A stretch of 64,000 nucleotides of DNA, from the NCBI GenBank assembly GCA_965637545.1, contig OZ281496.1, positions 7,688,001-7,752,000 on the forward strand, given 5' to 3'. The position numbers and the translations under genes were made by a program. Positions 56,901-64,000 of the stretch are shown piece by piece. Every line of letters begins with the position of its first letter. The stretch's first letter is position 1. This DNA is from Phallusia mammillata. Lineage: Eukaryota. Under the pieces are notes generated by a model. That model had not been told where the DNA came from and searched no databases. It was given only the letters and a program-made list of their open reading frames with translations.

Positions 56901-59900
56901 AAACTCTAATCTAGATGGAATTATTTTGTATAAAAATGCAGTCAACAAAAAGTTGGAATATTTAATCCGGACACAACACAATGCTTTGGTAGTGTAAATT
57001 TGATGCATGAACTAATGTAACAGTTTTTTGATTTGCATGTTTTGAAAACAATACAAAAATGTGCCAGCAAGATGTCATTTATTTCGGGTTTAAATCCAGG
57101 TAGTGACCAGAAAAGCACTGGCTAAAAAAGATCAAAAACAAAAGAACACCCAACTAGCCATTTCAAAGGATCCAAAATATCAGGGTAGATTTGTGTTATA
57201 TTTCAGTTAAGCAACACCAAATCCGGGGGAATTCAGGATTGCAAAATCCATTGCTTCTTTGAAGTTTTCATACTTGCTGTATCTTGTGGGTACAGTCAAT
57301 ATGTTCGCACAAGTGTTTGCCAAAGGGTACATAGACTCGTTCGAGAACTCAATGGATGGAGTTGGAGAAAAACCAAGAGGAGGCACTTGATCTGCCCCAG
57401 TTGCAAATATTAAAATTTCTTTTATTGAACATAAGGATTCCCCATCTGAAATGAAAGTCAAAACACAAGTCATGTGTTGTATGCTAATGTGCTGAATGTG
57501 AATACCTTCAACATCCAGTACGTAATCCCTCCAGAAGGAAACCGCCCGATTTTCCTGGCATCTTTCGTTGCTTCCAGGTTCTGATAGATTTAAATTGATG
57601 AAAATTGAGTCAACAATTTCTATGCCACTCAATGGTTTATTGTTTTGCCACAGAAAAATATCCTCAAATCCATTTGGTGCCAATTTTGCCTTATGTAGCA
57701 AATTATGTGTCATTAGACCAAGTCTAAACCTTGAAATAAACAAAAACCTCTTACTGTCTCAGTAATATAAATCATTGCTTTTAAGCCATACCTGGCCAAT
57801 AACTCGGTAAGGCGATCCTCTGTATAAAATTTAATTGCTTTTTCAACAATGTCATTTTTGCATGACAGGTCCTTCACAAATGTAATGGAACCACAAATAG
57901 ACAAGAAATCATCCATATCTGACAATGCCACATTTAATTCCTCTACTGTATCAGTATTTTTGATCTGTTGACAAGTTGAATTTATCTTACAAAGTTGACA
58001 GTTTAACATACAAATACTATACAATTGAATTAGCGCTTACTTTTGTTAACTTGGAAAACAAGACAGGGTCATTTATAGTTGCAAGAGCGTCCAAAAAATT
58101 TCTTGATCTATCAAGAACTTGATCATACAATAACTGGGAAAAAAAGCGTGGAGCAGGCCCACCATGAATGATTGAAAGGGAGATAATACACCCATACACA
58201 TAATACAGGTCCTTGGCAATTGCTATAAAATAAACACAACTATTAATTTGGTAGTATTTTTCATTCTTAATTTGCTTCAATATACCGTAACAAAAGTACA
58301 CATTTTACAAAGTTGTTTGCTAATCAACAAACTGTAGAACTAAGGTATATCTAATGTACTATTATGTACCTGTTTCATTTCTTGTGAGAATTTTTGCTGT
58401 TTCATTTCCTTCAAATATTATGCTGTTTGCCACAGCTTGCATTACTAATCTTAAAAATTCTCTGGTAGGTCCACCTGCATCTACAGCACCCTCAGACTGG
58501 CCAATATCATCACTAAATTTCACACTCATTCTTGCATTAGCACAAAAACTTTTTCGCTTTATGGCACGGACAGCACAGTCCAGAACATTTTGGCGATTGA
58601 CATTAAAGAAGTTTACTTGACTTTCATCGATGCTGTCTCTAATACACCTTATAGACTCATGAGCAGATAATTCCTCAACTTGGCACCTTCAGAAACACAG
58701 TTAATTAACCTTCTTTGTACCAAATATTGCTACCATGTGTCAAATTCCAAACTCATCGAAAAAACTAACACTGAAACATGTACCTATCTTTGTTTGGGGT
58801 TTCTAGCAATGAAGCCTCAATTGCCTCTTGAATCAGAGTGTCCTCATCAATTTCCTCAGATATCAAGTTTACATAATCCCTAACAACATAAGTGCAATTT
58901 GGTAACCAATACACAAACATACCTGAAGTTATTTTGTTGTGTGCAAGTCAATTTTAGTAATTACAAATAACCACAAAAAATTAAGAGATAAATTTAAGTG
59001 TCCACTTACATGTACAAAGAAGGTGTCTGACATGTGCCAGGTTTGGTATTTGAGCACTCCTGTAAACACAAAATATTTTTGCAATAAAAAATAATTTGAA
59101 ATGTTAGAAAATCTAACTAGAAAGTTTTGCTCACCCCACACTTGAAATCTTCATCTAAAACTGAATTATATTTATGCAAAGAAATGTTTGAACATGTTTT
59201 GTCACCTTTCTGCAATAAATTTATAAAATTGTCATTCCCTATTGTTTTATGATTGTTAATTTGACATTTACATACTCATATTACCTCAACAGTTTTTTCT
59301 GTCAAAAGATTCATGGAGGATTTCAAAAGTTGGTGTTCTTTTTGTACAGTGACGTAAATAATGCTTTTACCGAGTGAAAGCACTGCAGCAGCATCCCATC
59401 TAAATGATTCACTTACTTTTGGCTTAACAAGTACTTTCAAACCAGGCAAATTGCTGAGATAATCAAACTGTAGTAAATCTTTTGATAATAATGGTGTTTG
59501 AAATGGAGTAAATTGACTTTTGAAAACATCTGAAATCTCTCTTCTTACTTCCTGTTCAGACCAGCTGTTACTTATTGAAATCTTTGCAACTAACCCAATA
59601 GCAGCAAGTTCACTTCTGTTTTTTCCTCTTGGTATTTTAAACGCAATGTTGTGCGAGTTGTTTTGTACTTGCTCCATTATATTTGCAGGTATGCAAATTA
59701 TAGTTCGGGTGTAATACATTGTTTTTGGTTTTGTTCGTCTTCTACCTCCTTTTACTGCGGTTGGCACATACCTAGATCCTCTTTGTTTTGTGCACGAGGG
59801 TAGTGAATGTTTGTAATCCTGCCAAACATTTTTATTTTTTTCAACAATACCAACCCAAATAGCCGAATTAACCGAATGAAAAACACTAACTGTCATATAC

Positions 59901-61143
59901 AAAACTACCTTTCTAAAATCGTCATCATCACTGTCAGATTCTATAAACAACAGCTTTGTTGCTTCATTTCCACCAGGCCTTGTCACCTAATTTAAAGTAC
60001 AACATGTTTAAATGATAATGCTAGTGATTATATACATTTAAATGCAAAAAATACCTACAGGGCACAAAGTTTTTATTTGTTTTAATTTTTAAGGTGTCAA
60101 ATACTGAATGATATTAATCCAACAAGAACCATTTGGGAGTGTAAAAATGTTTGGCCTAAAGATAACTTATTTTTGTATGGGTGTTACCTAATGTAAATCA
60201 AATGGCAGAATTGAAATTTAGTTTACTTTTGATGGTTGTTCATGGTTGGGTGTCACTGGTCCAATTTTATCAGTTGTGGAAGAGCATGTTGGAGAATCCG
60301 AATTGTTGGTTACAGTACCAATAATTGCTGCAGCAAAGTCACCTACAGCTTTTTTTATGTGCTCTTGCAGGTTTGCATCCATATTATCGTTTCGCCCAAA
60401 AAAACGAACTGAAACAAATCCTACGTGATAACGAGTACCTTCTATGTTACACCCACCGGGAGTTCACATAAAAATATTTTTTTTCTGGTTTTGGAACCGA
60501 GATTTTTCACGCCGTTCGTTCGCTGCATTGCTGATGTTTAACCGTATTTGTCACTATCAGTCCTAACCTGTTTGGTTATATTTTTTATAAAATGGTACAG
60601 TTGTCAATGAACAGCTGATTTCTGAACGAAATCAGAAACGTAGCATGTAATTTAAGCCCCAACACCCTGTTGATTATAATGGTTCGGTCCATCACTTAGT
60701 TCGTCATGGTTCAGTGCTAAATCGGAATGGCATTCCCGTTCTGATTTAGCTAAATCGTAATGATTTAGTTAAATCGGAATGGAAATGTTATTTCTGTTCT
60801 GATTTAGCTAAATTGGAATGGCATTCCCTTTCTGATATAGCTAAATCGGAATGAAAATGTGACTCTCGTTCTGATTTAGCTAAATCGGAATGGCATTCCC
60901 GTTCTGATTTAGCTAAATCGGAATGAAAATGTTATTCCCGTTCTGATTTAGCTAAATCGGAATGACATTCCCTTTCTGATTTAGCTAAATCGGAATGAAA
61001 ATGTTATTCCCGTTCTGATTTAACTAAAGCGGAATGGCATTTCCGTTTTGATTTAGGTAAATCTGAATGGAAATGACAACAAATATTTTTACAAACGGCG
61101 CCCCATATGTGTCATCACCATGATTTATGTAAATATGCGCCAT
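50980..61143 (-). CDS. Type II membrane intelectin-like protein, copy C (~15 exons, roughly 700 aa), exon 1 interrupted by IS3EU
   Basis: ATG at 61143: MAHIYINHGDDT|YETV. Exons include 54324-54475 (TM TILVLVVVILAALGLIFGII), 54221-54245 and 53864-54024 (SCIELRDAG), then YCDMKAAGGGWILAATIN, FKSQAYYEYQ-GEDIMVRHVPN, YGGNL, TGFVQFRAYG, EFVCIGG, DCNDF, WNG and STIMIFYR* (stop 50980-50982), collinear with vertebrate intelectin. No stop was seen in the exons I translated. Confidence 0.8.
55100..55480 (+). repeat. Left subterminal array (~8 units of 33-40 bp) plus inner inverted repeat
   Basis: Unit ccGATTTAGCTAAATCagaacgggaatgccatt. Confidence 0.9.
55749..56997 (+). CDS. IS3-like DDE transposase/integrase with N-terminal HTH; intron 55901-56009; possible upstream exon from ATG 55644
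   Basis: GRPKK..HTH; in-frame GT-AG splice (NQY/S/SLTN); WHIDG, RSDYGGEN and SVHNQRIERF give the D-D-E triad. Confidence 0.88.
57207..60382 (-). CDS. Multi-exon G2E3-like HECT-domain E3 ubiquitin ligase carried by the transposon
   Basis: Exon 1 is 60227-60382 (MDANLQEHIK). Later exons encode VNRQNVLDCA..VKFSDDIGQSEGAVDAGGPTREF, SIIHGGPAPRFFS and ILIFATGADQVPPLGFSPTPSIEF..PLANTCANILTVP..AILNSPGFG with the catalytic Cys retained. Confidence 0.8.
60635..61075 (-). repeat. Right subterminal array (~10 units) plus inner inverted repeat
   Basis: Reverse complement of the left array; gcatgtaatttaag...ttcgtcatggttcagtgctaaatcgg mirrors 55390-55475. Confidence 0.9.
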
Positions 61144-62219
61144 GATTTGAACATTAATAACTTTTCTAAATCTGAGAAATCTCTTAGACACAAATTAAAA
61201 AATATTTGGCATATTTTCGATGTAAGAACGTCGGAAAAAGACCTTGATTAAACTTTGCCCGTCAACTTTGAAATATGTTTCTTTTTTGTTCATTGTCTAT
61301 AATGTCCTTACATTATTCCTTATATTTCGATGCATAGACACTAGGCAAGACTGTTCTACTAATCTAAGATACTCACAATATTACCTTTTACTAAATTCGT
61401 ATTTTAGACAATTATAGCTTCTTTGTCTGCTTTCTACTTGCAAGCAATTGTGCAATAAAGCAAAAGAAACAACATTGCTACAGGTACAATATGTGTCAGC
61501 TTACACCGAAAGTCTTAGTCTTTGAGGTAGAACAAATAATTTGCTGAAAGTTTATTTGCCAATAAACCTGTAGAGATGGGTATTTCTACCTTCTCGTTTT
61601 ACAACCTGCTTGGACAATAGTCTGGCTCTTAATAGTAGTCACACAAAGAACAGAATGCGTGTTTGCCTTGTCGCAAAAAAAACTGACAAAACGGATAAGT
61701 GAAATTGGGCCGTGTGACATATTTGGCGAATAGCTCTTTGATTTTAATTTTACACAGGTCTATTTACAATATGACAACATATCATTTGCTGATATCCAAC
61801 ATTGAAACTAAAAGGTATGCATTTCAATTGATCTGATTTTATGTTGACTTTTGCTCTTTGTATCATTAACATCCAGCTTGAGACTGAGAAAAAAAGCGTC
61901 TTGCTGTGGTATTTGGTAAGTAAAGTATTGTTGTGCAACTACTCAGTACACGTATTTCTCTTCTCACAAGCAGTACAGACAGCAGAAATAATCCACAAGT
62001 GACAGAAAGTGCTCGTTACTACGAATTACACCTTACAAAGTATTGTGTCGAAATCGTAACGGTTCCCTTTACCCTTTTCTAGTCTCAATATTTTATTACT
62101 AAGATACGTCTGTAGTCTGAATCCTTTTTGATCTTATTTCGTTTAATTCTGCTGAGATGACTTTAACAAAATATTACAAATATAGCAGTGCCAAGTCACA
62201 CAATGGATAAGAAGTTGTG

Positions 62220-63900
62220 TAATTCTGCCGTCTTTTGGAAAAACCTAGTAACCGACATATTTTTCAAAATGCGTTTTTTTAGTGGAATGGTTACTTAATG
62301 TTGGCTAGTTTTCTGTGTTAAAATTTGGAATTTGAAAGATATCTAGTTGTCGATATATTTACGGTTAAAAAAACCTAGTAAGTGAAACACAACGCTAAAA
62401 GTATTTGGCAAAACCTAGTATTGCTGTTTGACCAATCATGACGGTCGAGTTCGTCACGTGACAACTTTTTTCTGACAGCTGCTTGTTGTCGCCTTGTTTA
62501 CTTATCTATTGACATTGTGATTCAGTTTTGTTTGCCATTAAGTAAATACCGGTATTTTAAGTTTGTTTAGCTGTAACTATACCATCCAGTTTCAGTGTTT
62601 GTTTAATATGGCTACCACAAGAGGAAAACTAATCTTGGCCCTTAAAAAAAACAAAGAATGAAGCTCCAGTTTCCAGTAAGTTTGGATTAATAAACTTGCT
62701 TGCCAGGTTACACTTCTGAAGGCATTAAGGTAGAAATTTAAGTTGAGATTAGAAACACATTGTTAATGACTAAGAGAATAAAAGTTTGAAATATTATAGT
62801 TCATGTAAGTACACTTTGATTTCAGCACTATAACCAGGGTTGCCATACCGTCTTTATTTATAAGATTTGTCCTTATTTTGAAGGTCTGTGTCTTAGAAAA
62901 GTTCATTGTCCTTATTTCTAAGAAATGTCCTATTTTTAAGAAATGTCCTACATTGCACATGATGTGTCATGGCCCATAAAAATGCAAAGATTTGTTCAAA
63001 AACGTTGGTTTCGTTTCGTATGACAATTATATTTTTCGGTTGTCCTTTTTTTTGGTTTCAAGTCGATGGCAACCCTGACCATAACCATAAGCAAAAAATA
63101 ACACATAGATTTGGCTCAGAAACAGGTTATTGTGCTGAAATTAAAACCGCAAGTGTGGATGATATTAATCATAACGTGAGTAGTTGTTGTCATTTGTAGT
63201 CTTATCTGACATGACAACTGAGCATCATTCAACTCATCAAATGATCAGGATTCAAAACTATTTCAGCTCCAAAATGACAGTTTTTGGTTAGGAAGAATTG
63301 TGCCACTGGACCAAGATTCAGATAGTTTAACCAAAGAAAATCCATATGTTACAATTTCATCTAAGCTTGAAAGTTTACATGCTGAACCTTATTACAGGTA
63401 TTTTTCTTTCACGCTTGAAACCTTGCATGATGTTAATTTATGTTGTTAAAAGTTAATGATGATTTTTAGCTGATAAAATATAAATGTTCACAAACAGATA
63501 AACATAATCATTTAGGTTTGCTCATCTCAAAGTTAACCATTCCAATGTTTTATTAATATTGATAAGTTTTCATGTCTAAAAATATTATAAAAACTGCTGG
63601 TCGCAGGACTTCGCTGGAAGAAGGAAATTCATGAAGGGCACTATTCATAAAACTGCAATGTTGGAGCAAAGATATCATGCCATTTGCTGCATGAACTGCC
63701 TGGCTGCTGTGGTGCCAAGCTCACAGTTTGCAAAGTGTTTTATATGAACAAATTTGGGAATAAAAACTGATTGTTTATTACTGAATATTCGAAATGGTGC
63801 AAATATGGATTGATAGTGTCTTTTTCCTTTCTTTTTGACTAGTTTTGTAAATATATGACAATTTAATAATAAAAAAAGAATATTGATAAAACTTTTTTGA
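62220..63900 (+). mobile_element. Possible decayed DNA transposon (weak Sola-like similarity)
   Basis: Three AAAACCTAGTA repeats (62240-62420), CCAAT/CACGTG motifs, a broken exon MATTRGKLIL, and peptide TVCKVFYMNKFG resembling the Sola VCK.FFL.TL motif. Weak. Confidence 0.25.
62835..63077. mobile_element. hAT-type MITE
   Basis: 12-bp TIR CAGGGTTGCCAT; 8-bp TSD ACTATAAC/ACCATAAC (1 mismatch). Confidence 0.8.
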
Positions 63901-64000
63901 GGCAAACAAGTCTTTTTTCCAAAATTACTGAAAGCTGCATGGAGCTTTATTCTTTTTTTCTTTCTTTAAAAGGTCCAAGATTAGCTTTCCTTGTGTGGTA

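Larger units (their letters stand above)
54996..61107. mobile_element. IS3EU-type DDE DNA transposon, apparently complete (6112 bp)
   Basis: 25-bp perfect TIR TATGGGGCGCCGTTTGTAAAAATAT, 6-bp TSD TGTGTC (54990-54995 and 61108-61113), TAY..RTA termini, IS3-like integrase plus a second convergent gene. Confidence 0.88.

Noticed and set aside
55749-56997. Retroviral or Polinton integrase
   Set aside because: No LTRs, RT, polB or capsid genes; bounded by short TIRs and a 6-bp TSD around just two genes.

Overview
AT-rich eukaryotic DNA with many short (about 50-110 nt) spliceosomal introns, probably from an ascidian tunicate. The organism call is an inference from an exact Ciona-type spliced-leader 16-mer and the gene content. 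All recognisable host genes are on the minus strand and form an interleaved, repeatedly duplicated array of two families. The first is single-coding-exon C2H2 zinc-finger genes with TKEKPHRC-type linkers and no recognisable effector domain (4 open ORFs, 1 frameshifted, 3 stubs). The second is multi-exon intelectin-like genes recast as type II membrane proteins, with a Tyr-motif cytoplasmic tail, TM helix, Thr-rich stalk and an insertion of about 250 aa. One copy is near-complete, one is a pseudogene and two are remnants. The array is heavily invaded by mobile DNA: an intact Mag-type Ty3/gypsy element with identical LTRs, a 6.1-kb IS3EU-type DNA transposon carrying a HECT E3-ligase gene inserted in exon 1 of the best intelectin-like copy, a decayed gypsy element whose LTR contains the spliced leader, a 3'-truncated CR1/L2 LINE, several Penelope-like fragments, hammerhead-ribozyme motifs including a retrozyme-like monomer, and five hAT MITEs with 8-bp TSDs. 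Exon models were assembled by eye; internal coordinates marked ~ are approximate.
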